Source: Bispira polyomma
Taxonomy: Eukaryota
Direction: 5' to 3'
Length of the DNA: 64,000 bases
NCBI GenBank assembly: GCA_965649765.1
Contig: OZ287752.1
Location: 55,614,001 to 55,678,000, forward strand
Made by a program: the position numbers and the translations under genes. The first letter of the stretch is position 1; each line of letters begins with the position of its first letter. Positions 1-14,063 of this stretch are shown here, piece after piece. The notes beneath the pieces are model-generated. The model was given only the letters and a program-made list of their open reading frames with translations. It was not told where the DNA came from and did not search any database.

Positions 1-63
1 TTAAATATAACAAATACAAAAGTATTTATGAAACAGTTGCTTTGGTAACAGTATAGTACATAC

Positions 64-185
64 AAGTTCTATTTTGCCCAATAAAGAACTAACCTCATTA
101 TTATGATCTTTCTGCGGAAATATCCAGGTTACTATCAAGTCATAAGTAGAAACAAGAACTGTATCTATATCAATAACTGGTGATT
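64..185 (-). CDS. First half of a second FN3 domain of gene 1
   Basis: ttttttgttag acceptor; ESPVIDIDTVLVSTYDLIVTWIFP...GKIEL|gtatgt. Confidence 0.55.
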
Positions 186-449
186 CTAACAAAAAAGAAC
201 AAAAACAGTGCTAGAATGGCTCTATTTCCATTACCATTACATATTTTCAACTGAAAACAGGATATCCAATGATTGGTAAATGGGCAAAAACCTTTGTTTT
301 ACCAGATAACATATCGCTCCCCAATTTGGTAAGTAACATTGTGAATTATAATAATGGAGCACTTCATAAAATATTAAATACAACCAGTGGCAAATAAATA
401 AAGGTTATATATTTTTGTGTGGTTATATTTTGATTAAAGTAAAAGCAAC

Positions 450-764
450 CTCCTGTTTCTCCAGTAGTGTACAAAGGCTGACCCATGACATCACCACTTG
501 GTTTATCACTTTCTGCTGCAACTTTGATGTCATATTGTCTGTTCGGTACAAAGCCATTTACATTTATATGTACCAAGTCACCCCCTTCAACATCCACCCA
601 AATGCTATCTCTCCACAGTTCATAACTGCTAGAAGAGATGTGCTTGATCCAAATGGTAAATGTTAGTGATAGAGAACCCCCAAAGGTTTCTATGATCCAT
701 GAAATAGGTATAACTGTTGATGTGATATTAAAATTAATACTTAATGTTTTGATGATAGGAGGAC
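450..764 (-). CDS. Fibronectin type III exon of gene 1 (open)
   Basis: 315 nt, phase 1-1; PP...ISW...FGGS...FTIW...VNGFVPNRQYDIKVAA FN3 pattern. Confidence 0.75.
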
Positions 765-2186
765 CTGAGAAAAGCACAAGAAATAAAATGCTTGTACATA
801 GATACAGAGTTTAATGTTTGATTGCTTTGCATCATGCTTAACCATGTAATTTTGAAATAATTATATAATCTCTTTCCATGTCATTTTACAGATGTGTATA
901 ACTGTTATTTAAAACAAGTTGTAGCACTCAGTTTGACCAATTTTTACAAACCTGAAATATAATATCTGATGTAACTACTCACGTATGATGCATATATTTA
1001 ATACATCACTATTTAGGATATTATATGTGTTTGTGGCAGATGTTCTGGTAATCATAATTTGAAATAACCTTACTACCGTTACAAATGCTCATATATAAGC
1101 TAGATATTATTTACAGTACACAATAGGTGCACAGAATATACTTAGCTTTATTCGGATACGCCCTACAATTTGATGGGTTCTTGCTTGACTCATGCCCTTA
1201 TCCTGAACAAAACAAAAATAGGTAAAACAAACAGAAGCATAAACATTTCCTTGGCTGAGGTAATTGATAACATTTTGTCCTAGTTCTGAAAAGCCCTGGT
1301 ACAAAACCTTTGTCAAAGAAATGAGAAATTGTTTCTTCACATAAGGCAGTAAAAATTTGTGACAAATTTGTGGCTTTGCTGGATCTGGTAAAAGACCGGT
1401 GAGGTAGTCTGTCTGATAGCTCTAAAAATGTTAAATTTTGGTGAACCTTACTACTGGTTTAGCATGGTATTGATACCATGAAAGGCACCGACTTAATTTA
1501 TAGAGCAGGGATCAGAATCCACATGAAAAGCTAGAGCAACTCTTTGAGCCGGGATGAGTGGGCACCTACAAGGGCCATTTTGTTAATCTTTAAACTTCTA
1601 TGAATCGATCACAGTGGAAAGGCATCATGATCATGCCATGTACCCCGTGATGGAAGCCCTGGTGACCTGTGATTAATTTGTGGGCAAGACACGGATAGCC
1701 ATGTGTGGTAAGAGTGTCACCTGCCTGCCACAAGAAAAGTCAAATATTTTACAAGTCAAGGTCACTCGCAGTTAGTCAGAATGTCAGGTGAGGACGCGAT
1801 GTCACCCTGGTGTCATCAAAAATGGGTATAAATTGTAAGTCTTGCTCAAGTGAACAGAACTGTGATACAAGGGGTGGCCATTGTCTATTGTAAAAAGTTG
1901 TTGTATTGGATCTTCATGAGACTTTTTTTATGAAGATCCATAATTCTTCTATGTAGTACCTTAAGGGATGAAACAACAATCAAATAGCCTGACGAATAAT
2001 ATTTGTTGATATTGTTTGCTTGTGGGATCTCAAAAATTCCATTATTCCTACTTTAGGGATAAAATACAATGGCCTGCATCATCTGGTATCTGCGTTTTGA
2101 ACTGATAGAATTAATTTATAATTATGTGTTTGTTGAAGTCCAAATAATATTTATATCATAGTACTACGTCTATGCACATTATTCAC

Positions 2187-2459
2187 TGTGTACAGTTAGT
2201 GACTTTTCTGCTGGTTGCCCGTGTCCTGCTACATTCTCTGGTGTACAGTAGTAAGTGTCTTCAAACTCCACATACTCCATTGCTAACTCCAGTACTCCAT
2301 CATCTGTCTCCTGTTTGAAACCAGCATCACCAACTCTTGTCCAGATAAAGTCATACTCTTGTTGATTACCAACTCCATCAACCTGGCACTCAAAGTGAAC
2401 AGTATCACCAACGTTTACAGTTGGTTCTGGTTTTAAAGTGAGGGCCTTTATAGGTGGAT
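2187..2459 (-). CDS. Ig exon 3 of gene 1 (open)
   Basis: 273 nt, phase 1-1; YPP...VGDTVHFECQVDG...FIWTR...EDTYYCTPENVAG...SLTVH. Confidence 0.85.
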
Positions 2460-3625
2460 CTACAATATACAATGTCTTACTTGAAATGAACACCATATGT
2501 AACATAACTTTTAGATAACAAAGAAATTGTATTTAGTTTATTATCATTGTCAATCATTCACAGATGATAACTATATTCCCCTTTTGAAAGGTCAAAGCAA
2601 ATAGAAAATAAAGTATATTTTAAAGGAAATATATCATATTTTACATTACAAAGACGTATATTTATGCTATGACAAATTGGCATTCTACAAAACCTAATGT
2701 GATGACAAATATGACAACCAACAAGAGCAAATTCACCAACAAGACAGCTTGTAGTGGCAAAAACTTCAAAAAAGTTAATAGATAGACAGATTGTATTTGT
2801 GAGATGATGCCAAATTAGAGTCAGCAATGGTAACACTTCACCAGTTGTTAGGCCTTCAACTCAGCCTATCCAGTCTCACTTACAACATTATCAAGAACTT
2901 ACTTGTACAACTGATACTATTCACAGAATAATTACTTGTGATGATTTAATTATACACAACTGGGTCTCCCTTAGGCGTCTATAAAACACTAAATGTATCA
3001 TTATGGTGTTGAACCATAGTCAGCTGTAACAATAAAATCAATATTTCTGTAACGATGATTTAATCAAAATGATCAAGGTATTTACAGGCATACTTGTTGA
3101 AAGTGTATTATTAATCGCTTAGTCAGGTTAATACACAACCTGTTCAAATTTGGCAGTAAGAAAACGTACTATAGGGATGACCATACCCTTCCAGCAGACA
3201 ACTATTATAGTGAGAAAGTTTAATAAGATGTTTCTAAGACATATTTTATACAGTATGATGTTGGTGATGATTGTGTTACCATTTCACAGCATTAATGTCT
3301 TTACAGATTTATTACCTAATTTGTCAAGTCACAATTAACTGTTAAAAAGCATTGCACCAGTCTGAGATGGTGTTGTTTCTATTTTTCATGTATTGTTACA
3401 TATCCTTAATACCACTTGTCACTGTTTATTATAACAATTGTATTTCAAAAATTAATATCACATTTTTTTTTGTTTTTAACACTTTAATCTTTAAATACTA
3501 GTATTACTGCCAAGAATATTGATGCAATACAACTCAGTGGGTTATCTCGCAAATGTTAAGTACTGATATATTACTACAGTATTGGCATAGATGCATTGTG
3601 TTTAAACTATTATCTCAATACTTAC

Positions 3626-3910
3626 ACAACACTTTTAGTGCTTTCCCACCACCAATGACAGGATCTTTGTTAGGTTCCTGGTCAGCAATACACTGTAAAG
3701 TACTATATGATCTATCGGCTGTTGTAATCAAATGACTAGTCTGAATGTTTGAACTATTTTACTGTTCTACTGAGTCATCCACCAGATTACCATTAATTTT
3801 CCATCTGATGAGGGATCCAGGAACACCATCTATGGCCTGACATGTAAATATGTCCTGATCACCTTCAATAATGTCTGGTTCAAAGTCTATGTATGTCAAG
3901 CTAACTAGAA
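3626..3910 (-). pseudogene. Ig exon 2 of gene 1 (C2-like) with in-frame stop
   Basis: 285 nt, phase 1-1, ttttcag|...|gtaagt; DIIEGDQDIFTCQAIDGVPGSLIRWKING...VEQ*NSS...TLQCIADQEP...ALKVL; TAA at 3759-3761. Confidence 0.8.
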
Positions 3911-4964
3911 CTGAAAACAAGGGAATATTTCAGTGTGAGACAGTATAAACAACACGAGAACTATTTTTTATAGCACTATAACCTTTTTAGATTGAACAGT
4001 AATGAATCAAGTTAGCTGGGTAAACATATATACTTTTTAAGACAAACGAACAGGACACAATTTTTGTATGAATAAACGCTTTTTTAAAAAAAGACCTAAA
4101 ATCATATTTCAAAGTCACAAGAACAAATCTATACATATGCCAGAACTGTTAAATATACATACTTCCTGAACTAGGCAGTGTATGGATATTGGAAAGTGAC
4201 AGTATTTACAGTTTATATATAAATTAATGCATACAAGTCTGAAGTTAGATTTCTGTTTACATAATAAAAAATACAGTTATAAATAATGCTTTAAAAATCT
4301 CCATATTTATTATCATCGAGTCACCAGTTGAAATTACACGTTATGTGATTGGTGATCAGTGCAGTTTTATATAATGTTTGTAATTTGACACAATCAGGTT
4401 TATTAAAAAATCCTTTGTATTTGACTTTCCTATATTCCAAATACTAAAAGAAAACTTTGCATCATCTACATTAATATTATTATTACAAAGGGAAATATAA
4501 CATGACATTGACATTAAACACAAGAGTCTTATTAGTAATTGTGATAATAGATACCTGCACTATATCAGTATTACAAATTCGTTTCTATCAAATGTATACA
4601 TAAAGTACACTACTAATTAAATAAATTCAAAATTTAAGTAAATTAAAGATTACATTTACAAGTTTACATCATTACTTAATTTACATACCAACGTAAATAC
4701 ATGAAAATTAAAGGTAATGTGGCCCTAAAGTAAAGAAATTAGAGTGGTAGTGACAGAATTTCATAATTTATAATATATATGTAGTCGTAAACTATAAACA
4801 AGTACAAAGGTACACAGATACAAGGTACAAATATATAATAAAACAAAAAAGAAGGGACAAAAACCAAACTAGCTGAAATTTAAAATATGTAATGTATTAA
4901 CTTCAATTGCCCTACTACTCTGTAAACAGAATCATGCAGAGCCATATTAAAAATAATGGTCCCA

Positions 4965-5230
4965 AAACCTGTCCAGTCTGTATCTTAAGTTCATTCATGA
5001 AATTTGGAACGGTTGCAGCTGTCATTATTTGAGTAGAAAGTCTATTCCATGACACGATAGCCATATTATCTGGATAATCAGATACCAGTTGGTACAAGAA
5101 TGTCCACAAATGCCCTCACAGTGGCCTTTTGTCTATGTACGGTTGTACTGTGAATATCCAATAAGAGAGGATTGCTTGGACTCATTTCTGAATATGACAG
5201 AATTTCCCACATGAGCCAGGATGTCCAATG
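4965..5230 (-). mobile_element. Decayed LINE (CR1-like) ORF2 3' fragment
   Basis: IVSWNRLSTQIMTAATVPNFMNEL resembles the WN.LP..VV.A.SV..FK..L C-terminus of CR1/L2-group ORF2. Confidence 0.45.
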
Positions 5231-5941
5231 TTTCATGAATAGGTTTCCAAAGATTACCGCAAAAGTAAAAGTTATTATTTTATGAATACTAATCGTAAAC
5301 TCACAAACTGTTTGGTGTAAAATAAACTAGCTCTGCCTTCTAATATGTGTGAATAAAACAGAAATTACTCTATACTCCCTTAACTGCATGCTTAGATCTC
5401 ACAAACTTTGCTATATTGTAGTGCATGACAAAATGTCTAAATAACCTGTCTATAAACCACCCAACGCGGTATTAGTTACAGGCTAATTACTCATATAAGT
5501 ACACAATATGTATTCTCTCACTTAGTAAAACCTAAACTTTTCCATGTTGTAGCAAAATAATAACTACTCTGAAAAATAGTTTGTGTTATAGGCTAATTAC
5601 ATTAAGTATTCAGTACTAACTTATGTTCTAACACATACCCCTGAAGTTTCCGACTTATCACATAACAACATTGCAAAACACATTTCAGCACTTACATATT
5701 GATTTTGTAGGTGTTAGTGGGACCCAAACATATTAAAATATGAACTGAAGGTTAAGGCTTAAGGCATATGGGACAGTGTAGTAAATGTCAATGCAAAGTT
5801 TGTATGACTTACACGTATTACTGTCAGAATGATAGATAATTATTGATGATCTGTACAAAATAGATGCATTCATTTGTAACTGTGGGATATTACTTAAAAT
5901 TAGTCAAATGGAATCTCCCTATATATAATAAAATAACATAT

Positions 5942-6224
5942 CAAACTGCTTCAGATGCTTTGACACTAACAAATCCGCTGAATTGTAACAGGATCATTCA
6001 GTGAAATCTTCAATGACAGCAGCACTAAAAGTTACCGATAGTATTGAAATTCCATAGCAGTTTCCAGAAACACCCTTTTCATTACCGTAAAGCCCCACAT
6101 CCACCAAAGCAAACTTTATTTGCACACATTATTGCAGCAAATACATTATTAGATTCAACTTCACATGTCACAGTGAAGGTTTCATCAGCTTCAACGTAGT
6201 TTTGGCTAAAGGTAATAGTATCAC
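5942..6224 (-). pseudogene. Ig exon 1 of gene 1 (decayed)
   Basis: tttcag|GT GAT ACT; DTITFSQNYVEADETFTVTCEV...; after a 1-nt frameshift ...AVIEDFTE*SCYNS (W>TGA at 5994-5996). Length 283 nt; donor reads ATATGT instead of GTATGT. Confidence 0.65.
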
Positions 6225-6421
6225 CTGAAATTACACAAATGACTGTGCTATAATTATCTGATTGTAACAGCCCCCTGTCTCTACTTGCCATTTTATTCAA
6301 TCAACAGATTTATCAGAAACATATTATTCTTAAAGTTAATTTTGGTTAAAAGTATAATAGAGTTGACCATAGCATCCGCCATGTGCTAAATAGTATGTGT
6401 TAACATTCATCAACTAAGTTA

Positions 6422-7140
6422 TGTCATTTTCAAAGGTGACTTTTATTTTATTTCATTGACTGTTGTGTCCAAATGTATCAAATATATCCCATATTAAATA
6501 GTTTAAGGCTTTAGCAACGTAAACACAAAAAACAAACGCCAATAACCACGTTATTTGTTTGAGCATATTTATATTTTCATGAGTTGAAATAATAAATAAT
6601 GACATAAATTTTAAATGTGTGCTGATTTATATATTTTACGTGTCACTTAAGTAGTTATTTTGAACACACAATACATATATCAGTGTGTAAAATTATAACG
6701 AAAATGTGATTATTTGTCTAAGTTTGTTTACAAATATGACGTTCTACCATAGATTTCAAAGTGTGTGACGTCACAATACAAGAATCGTTATATTGGTGTT
6801 TTATAGTTTTGTAGCAAAGCATCAACCTTTCAATTTGTTTGGACATACAAAAATGGTTAAAAACCCCAATAAAATATACCTTTAAAGTCATTATAGTTGT
6901 GATACAGAGTAGAAATGGCCATTCGTAAAGTATCATACTTTATCGCAGACGTGTTTTTGTGTTTACATTACTAAAGCCTTAATTTGACATGCCATTACAT
7001 CAACAAAATACTTAATTTATATGTCAGGTTTGTATGCTATTTTGCATATATTTTACTGAATTATTGTATCCAAAAAAAGTCAAGATACATTTGGACACAA
7101 CAGTCAATGAATAAAATAAAAGTCACTTTTGAAAGTGACA
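6422..7140. mobile_element. Non-autonomous TIR element (MITE), ~720 bp
   Basis: ~57-bp terminal inverted repeats (6422-6479 tgtcattttcaaaggtgacttttatttt...aaatgtatc versus 7084-7140) with about 3 differences; non-coding interior. Confidence 0.75.
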
Positions 7141-8370
7141 ATAAATGACATTTAACATGGTATCATAATGAACAAAGCTTACTGACCTGTTAATAAAAAG
7201 TAGCAAAACTGTAACCATTAGTTCATTTCTCATTTTAAGCATATTCCTATGTTCACAGCATTTTCAATATCGAAAATTAGAAGAAAGCAAACTCTATCTT
7301 TATGTGGGCATTAGGATTCAAAGCTGTAAACAACATTTTTATGTGATAGATCAACAGTGGATTTAGAGTGCATAGACCCGTCATCAGAAAGCTTTTACAT
7401 ATTGTTAATAAGCAAAATCAATCCACTGAATGTACTATGAAGTAGAGGCACTTCATATGATACAATGGTGCACTTTTTTGGAAGAAGAGTTGTTGATAGA
7501 TAGATTAATGAATATTATAAAAGCCATATTTGAACAGGATTTGGTAATTTGTTTGTATGAGGTAATATTTGGTTACATATCTGATGGAGTTACTATAAAA
7601 AGCTTACATAACAGACTGCACTTAATCAGTAGATTAAAAAAATAATACAGTTTCAATAAATAGCAATTGGTAGGTATGTGGGCGAAGAGGTTTTTGGTGC
7701 TGTATTTAAGTAAGAAAGAAATTGTAGATCATGTTATTTCTTTTATTCACTTTAATAACACCACACACAAGCTCACTTCTTTATTCACTTTACTATTCAC
7801 TGTAACATTTTATTGATGTAATATCATAGATAGTAGCCAACTTGTATCTACACCTGAGTTCTCATTAAGGCTGGGTTCATCAGAGCAGGTGGAGCCAGAG
7901 AAACCAAGTATAAACACAGCAGTGTTACTTCCTACACAATAAGTGATCAATCTCTTCTCTAGATTAATTAAATATCATTTCCTCATAAAAACAATATATA
8001 TTTTTCGCATTTGTTTAATTGTTCAAGTTTGTATAAAGTAAACATTTCACTATAATAATTACTCATAATTCCCACATATTATTATGTCACATGTATGAAC
8101 ATTTCACTGAATTATTCCAAGCTCAAGCTATTAGTTCTGCACTGCAGTGATAACTGGCTGCCCATGCTTCGTCCAAAGTGCTAAGCTATCTCAGCTGAAG
8201 TAACACTTGGGAAGCAGCCAGCTAGCTGCCCCAGTGACCTAAGAAGCTAGTCACTGCCCCTGTGAACCAAGAAGATGGTCACCCCTGCAGCTTATAGTAA
8301 TGCACCCACCATCAGGCTCTGTGGTGTGTGAAGTCAATCTCGCTCACTGACTCTGAAGTCAACTCTCACA

Positions 8371-8638
8371 GTTTTTTTTTTGTTTTTTTTTAATTTAGGT
8401 ATTTAACGTCCACTCTAGTATCTGTTTAGGTTATATTGAGACGGGTAGTTGGAAATGCCGGAGGAAACACTGCATACAGTTGATCAAGGTTCTGCACTGA
8501 AACCAGTGGCCCACAGTAAGGAACTACTACCTTTCCCACATAGGCATCGACAGGATTCGAACTCACGCTGCCTAGAGGTGAGAGACCAGTGATTGTGAAG
8601 CGGAATGCTTGCTAACAAACTAGGCCACCGCCGCTACA
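8371..8638 (-). mobile_element. tRNA-derived SINE with A-tail and 10-bp TSD
   Basis: Minus-strand A-box GGTGGCCTAGTT (~8618-8629) and B-box AGTTCGAATCC (8553-8563); T-run 8372-8391; direct repeat AACTCTCACA at 8361-8370 and 8639-8648. Confidence 0.85.
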
Positions 8639-11016
8639 AACTCTCACATAAAAGTAGCTAAGTAGGACTGAATTGCCTGGCTAAGGCTCTACCTTATATA
8701 GCGAAATAAGTGATGGGCATAATAAGGATTTACATAGCCCTTAGCTAATAAGCATGAAGATTGAAGAAGTATTTAATTATAAACCTGCCTGCTGTTAGTT
8801 AGGTCTCCAGCTATCACAATGCATTGTACAGAATTAACACCTTTGCTCTACACATATATAATTACATTCAAGAAGGAAAACTTACAAAGTTTGAGTACAT
8901 AAAAAAGTATTGTAGTTGACTTGATTTAACAGTGTAATATATGCATTTCTAAATTAACTTTTTTTTTGTATACTTACACATACCAAATAAAGACTCAAAA
9001 TAATATTACAATATAGACACTAAATAATAAATACTTTTAAAGTGACAGTATTGAAAACCGACAGTAGTACACAAAGAAGTATACTAGTGGATTTCACTGA
9101 ACAGTGTAATACATACATCTGTGAATAAACATTCTGCTGTGGCTGCACACCGAATGAAAACCTTCAAAAAATTTACAGGCACACCATAGATAATTAAATG
9201 GATTTTCCATGAAATGTAGTTCATATATTAGTAATGATAGAAAATCAGTAGCATTGAGAATCACATTCAACCAAAATGCACAGTGTACTCATAAGAGGAA
9301 AACACCAGAATTGTTGTAGCATTTTAGAAGAATGATAATGTTTGAACACAAACTGAATTCTAAACTGCTATAAAGTACATCTTTTCATATTATATAAGCA
9401 AGGATCTGAAAACAAAGTATTACTAATTTTAATAATAAGCACAGACACGGTGACAATAGCTTTGTGGATGCAAATATAGAAGCAGAAATAACAGAAATTG
9501 AATTACTTGATCGGTTTTACATGATATGCATTTGAGGATATAGTATATATTACTTTTATTTGGTCATATTTAGATTTAACAGGTGTGTACACACTACTAA
9601 TGCGCTTGAAATGAGATGAAAAATATTCTAATTTAGCTTAATGTCCATAAATATTGTCACGTTAAGTACAAGACAATATTATAACAGTTTATTGTATACA
9701 ATACTGAATTAATTAAAGCACAAATAAAATACTTATGTAGAAGTATTGATAATATATTAAAGTAATCTGTATGACAGTCAAGATATTATTTTTGTAATAG
9801 ACTATTTATGGGTCAGGTCACTTGACTTTATTAATGATCATTTGCTTTTTTTATAAATAATGTTTAGATGAAATTGCATATGCACAAACAAAACATGACA
9901 TATCACATATTCTGTAAACTACATATAAGAGTATCATTGGTTGGCCATATATATAATGCAAGTACCTATTATTATTATTACCACTCCAACAAGGTATCAT
10001 TGTGCCCTGTGAGACTAGTTTATGTTTGACTCACAAGTTATGTTGCTCCAAAAACAAAAATGAAAATATGTCTTACTTTGACATGTAATGTGTTGTTAAT
10101 AGAACTTAAAATCATAAAGATAAACATTTTCCAAAAAATATAAAAAAAATATGTATGTATGTATGTCCCTGTGAATATATATGTATAACTATGTTTTGGA
10201 AAATAATTAGCCTGTTGTCTAGATGCCATTCTTTGTTCAATGGTAAGATTCTGCAGAGAACTGCAGTCAAATATATAATGATCTAGTACTAGATTGCCTA
10301 CAATAAGCCATGACTCAGTTGTAACAGAATCACATATATGAAAACTAAACAAGGAATTTAATCACTAGAGTATAAATGTTCCAGGTTAAATGACAACAGA
10401 AAACCGGGGGACAGCAAACTGGCGGGAAGTCATAATGGTTACGTCAACAATCAGCACCTGCCAGTTATGTACTCACCAGTTTACAACTAAAATTCAATAG
10501 CCAATGAGATGATTTAATGTTACCTTAAATGATATAGTATGTATGGATGTTAGGTTAATTAAAACCAAAGGTAAAGTTATACATGGAACAAAATGTGGGG
10601 ATATGGATTTAAAGGAGACAGTAAATCATGTAATCAGGTAAACATGTTAATGTTAAGTGTTACTCTAGAAATGTTCATAAAAGTGCACGTAACTGCAAAA
10701 TGAAAGTTTGCATGTCACCTCAGTCACATAAGTACTAAAATTCTAACCCTTACGGTATTGGTTATCAAGAAATCTGTTTACTTTCAAACGACCAATCACA
10801 CAAGGGACTTTGTCACATGATATCCATAGCTTTTACTTTTACACACATACAAAGAGGAAAAAGCAGCAGCCATATTGGATTTTACAAATTAAATTTCTTT
10901 TACAACACAATTTTAGTATTTGTGAATTTTTTTTGTTTTTAGTTTTACTATCTTTTTAATGTAAATGAGATACACAATACTAAGACTGTTTTAATTGTAA
11001 ACCCATCAGTTTTAAA

Positions 11017-12290
11017 ATGGGTAGAGACAGAAAACCTACACCAACAGAGGCAGCTGTCGCACAGTGTTCCACGTGCAACTGTACACACTAGCGTCCAGTG
11101 GGTATACTATACCAACGTACGCCTGAAGAGCTAACTTCAGAACCTCCGGACGAGTACACAGGCATCTAGATGGAGGAAGAAACCCCTACACACCCATCAA
11201 TGACCAGCCAAGTTGGACTTGACCATGACATTGGCCTGAAGGACCTCTATGCACCACAGCAGGTAGTTATGACTAAACTACTTACTACAGTCACCAAACT
11301 ATAGGTAGCTGTCTCAATTAATATACAGTCTAAGAACTGGCTATGGGGTTTACAAGGTAAAAATTAATTTGATTGATTTTAAGAAGATGAACACAAGGTG
11401 AGAATTGTGGTACAACATAATGCGAGTGTAGACTGACCAGCAAACGCTTAAAGGATTGCTGTACATACCGATATAATTGGGACCAGTAAAAATTCATATG
11501 AATATGCTATACTAAATGTGAAGAATATGTAACAAGTGGCTGCATTTTGTTCATCAAACAGTAAACAGTTAAAATTTGTAGTCTATTTCTAACGCAGATG
11601 CAGTAAGACTATTTAGTATACACTGTACTACATGAAATAACACCACTGTCTGCAGCACATTGTCCATAGATGCAAGGTTTTACGTCGAAACAGGTGTTTA
11701 TTTAAAACTACTTTTTGTTATCTTTATCTACACACAAAGTACAAATGTCAAAATTCCTTTGTTCTATAGCACTGGTATAGTATGGGGTTTACCTGTAATA
11801 AAAGAACTGCTTTTTATTTGCACATCTAAATTGAGGTTATTGATGAGTACCAATATCATTGTCACTTTTGACCAGCTTTGGTTTTGTTAAACCAGTCTTA
11901 CCAAGTATATCCTGAAATGCACTAAAATCAGTGTTATAAAACTGACTACTGCTTACCAAATTCACTGGTGATCATTTAGGTTCTCATCATAATTCCATTT
12001 CTCTTTATCTCCGGTGTTTATCTATCAACTCCCCCTATAAACCTTGTCCAAAGAGTATCTTTCACTGTTTCATGACCTTATAAGAATTTCTCAAACTTGA
12101 TATTCCATTCTTGATGACGCCATCTTGTATAGGACCATATTTCTAGTTGCATTCCACAGGTTATTTAGCATGTTCAATATATCGCCCATTCTGGAAGGAA
12201 GTTTTTTCCAGGCTAATCCTCAGGAAGGGCATCACATTTGGCTCCCATGGAGCCCAAATCATAGTCAAGTGGGCCAAAGATATACAAAAT
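11017..12290 (+). mobile_element. Internally deleted YR (Ngaro/DIRS-like) retrotransposon remnant Ea
   Basis: Gag start MGRDRKP...CSTCNCTH*RPVG matches MGRGKK...CTRCEIFHT*PVG of E3. YR fragment ~11940-12290: LYLRCLSINSPY...ILYRTIFLVAF...GAQIIVKWAK. RT absent. Confidence 0.7.
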
Positions 12291-13494
12291 ACTTTGGGAA
12301 TTTTTGTCTTTACATAATATAACAATACATATTGTACATGTACGAAGTTATATATAACACAAAATTATATATATAGTTAAACCCTTCCCATAAGACAACA
12401 TAATTGTGTGCTATCATCAAAATACATACAACAAGATATTAAATGAAGAAGACTATAGCCATGTGATCACATGGCCAATAAGAGGCAGAGTTTCCATTGA
12501 ATTATTCTTTGTTTTTACAATATTTGTACAATGTTTGAACAATGAAAAGCATATTTTTTGTTGTAACAAGGTATCTGTTGTTTGGTGGTAGGGTGTTAAG
12601 TCTGCTTTAAATGGTATCAACTAAACAGCAACAATGTTTCTGAATACAAAGTTAAAAAATCCAATTATGAATAAGTATTTTTAGACTTAACTTGTTTTAC
12701 TGATTTAGAGGATATAAATTGAGTTTAATGTCATAAAGATGAATGAGATGTAACACTGTCAAATCTTCAAAAGTGAATAACAAATTGTGTATTAAAGGGC
12801 AGGTAAAACATACTTTTTTGTTCTTACTAATGGCATGGTTCCATTAGGGGAGTAACGTTTTTGTTGATTGTCAATTTTATTATAAAAACATGCAATTTTC
12901 TCGTTACTAGTGCTATAATTGGCAATTGATATACACAAACTTAAAAATCATTACCTTACCTTACTTTTGACATATTATAAATTTTTATGTCAGTTTTTCA
13001 TACATTTTTTGATACTTTCTCCCATTACCATCCAATTTTCCATTTTGTCCGATTATACTACTAGAGTCCTTGTCCTTTTAAAACAGTAGTTGTGCAATAT
13101 TCCTAAAATAGATCTGTTCAACATTAAAAAAAACATCACCCATACCTCACTTCCATCATATTATAAAATTTTTACTTGCCCTTTTTCATACAGTTTTTTA
13201 AACTTTCTCCCATTATTGCCCTATTGTCCGTTATGACCTTCATACTGTATTGTTGTTACAATATAATTAAACATCACCTCACCTCATTTTATCAAAATAC
13301 AAAACCTGCTTCCACCTCCCCTTCTCGGGTGCTAAAATATGCAATTGACTCTCAATATCCTTGTTTTTATCAGGCTGTCAGGGTGTCAGAACCATGCTCA
13401 AACCTCATATGAAACTGTGGATAAATGAATCTCTCAAAACCCTAAACTGTGCCACCTGTACTCTTTACGCATTCCGACTTTACAGGAATAACAG

Positions 13495-13910
13495 TTTATA
13501 GACTTCTCTGCTACTCATCCTTGCTGGAGACATCAATTTAAATGCAGGTCTGAATAATAAAAACACTGGTCCTCCTCGACGCCATATGAAGATGGTCGGT
13601 ATCAATGGTAGATCCATCCGTAACAAGGCTCAAACTCAAGGCTACCTGGCTCAGTGTCAAATATACTCCCTTTTTCATAACGGAACTACCCACCACAATT
13701 ATAAACTATTTCATAAACCAATACTCCATAGACGTGGAGGTATTGGGATTTTTGTGAAGGATAACTTCACAGCTAAAGTTATCGAAGTTCTGCCAACTAC
13801 TACTTTTCAAGCCATCTCTGACAAAGTTTTTTACACCTCTCACTCATTCTTCTTAAAATCAGGTGGATTTTCTAGCTGAATTCACAGAGACCCTTAGTTT
13901 ACTTCCACAT
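13495..13910 (+). mobile_element. LINE (L2/CR1 group) ORF2 5' fragment: 2A-like motif plus AP endonuclease start
   Basis: LLLILAGDINLNAG in frame with ...INGRSIRNK...HRRGGIGIFVKD. Confidence 0.7.
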
Positions 13911-14063
13911 GAATACCACAGTGCCTCTCCCCAGGTTTTTTTTAGCGAGTTGACCTTGTACACAGTACATCTTATTTTGATACACTAGCTTATTAAAGAC
14001 TATGTTCGAAGTTCATATTAAATAATTTACATTTAAATGTATGACCATACTTCAAACTGTGGT

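Larger units (their letters stand above)
64..6224 (-). pseudogene. Multi-exon Ig-Ig-Ig-FN3-FN3(partial) cell-surface protein gene, disrupted; continues beyond window start
   Basis: Five AG/GT-bounded, phase-1-starting exons: 5942-6224, 3626-3910, 2187-2459, 450-764, 64-185. Ig Cys/Trp and FN3 motifs are present. The first two Ig exons contain stops and a frameshift. Confidence 0.75.

Noticed and set aside
7183-7242. Signal-peptide exon of gene 1 (MLKMRNELMVTVLLLFINRS|gtaagc)
   Set aside because: Plausible, but the available donors are phase 0 or 2 while the next exon needs phase 1.
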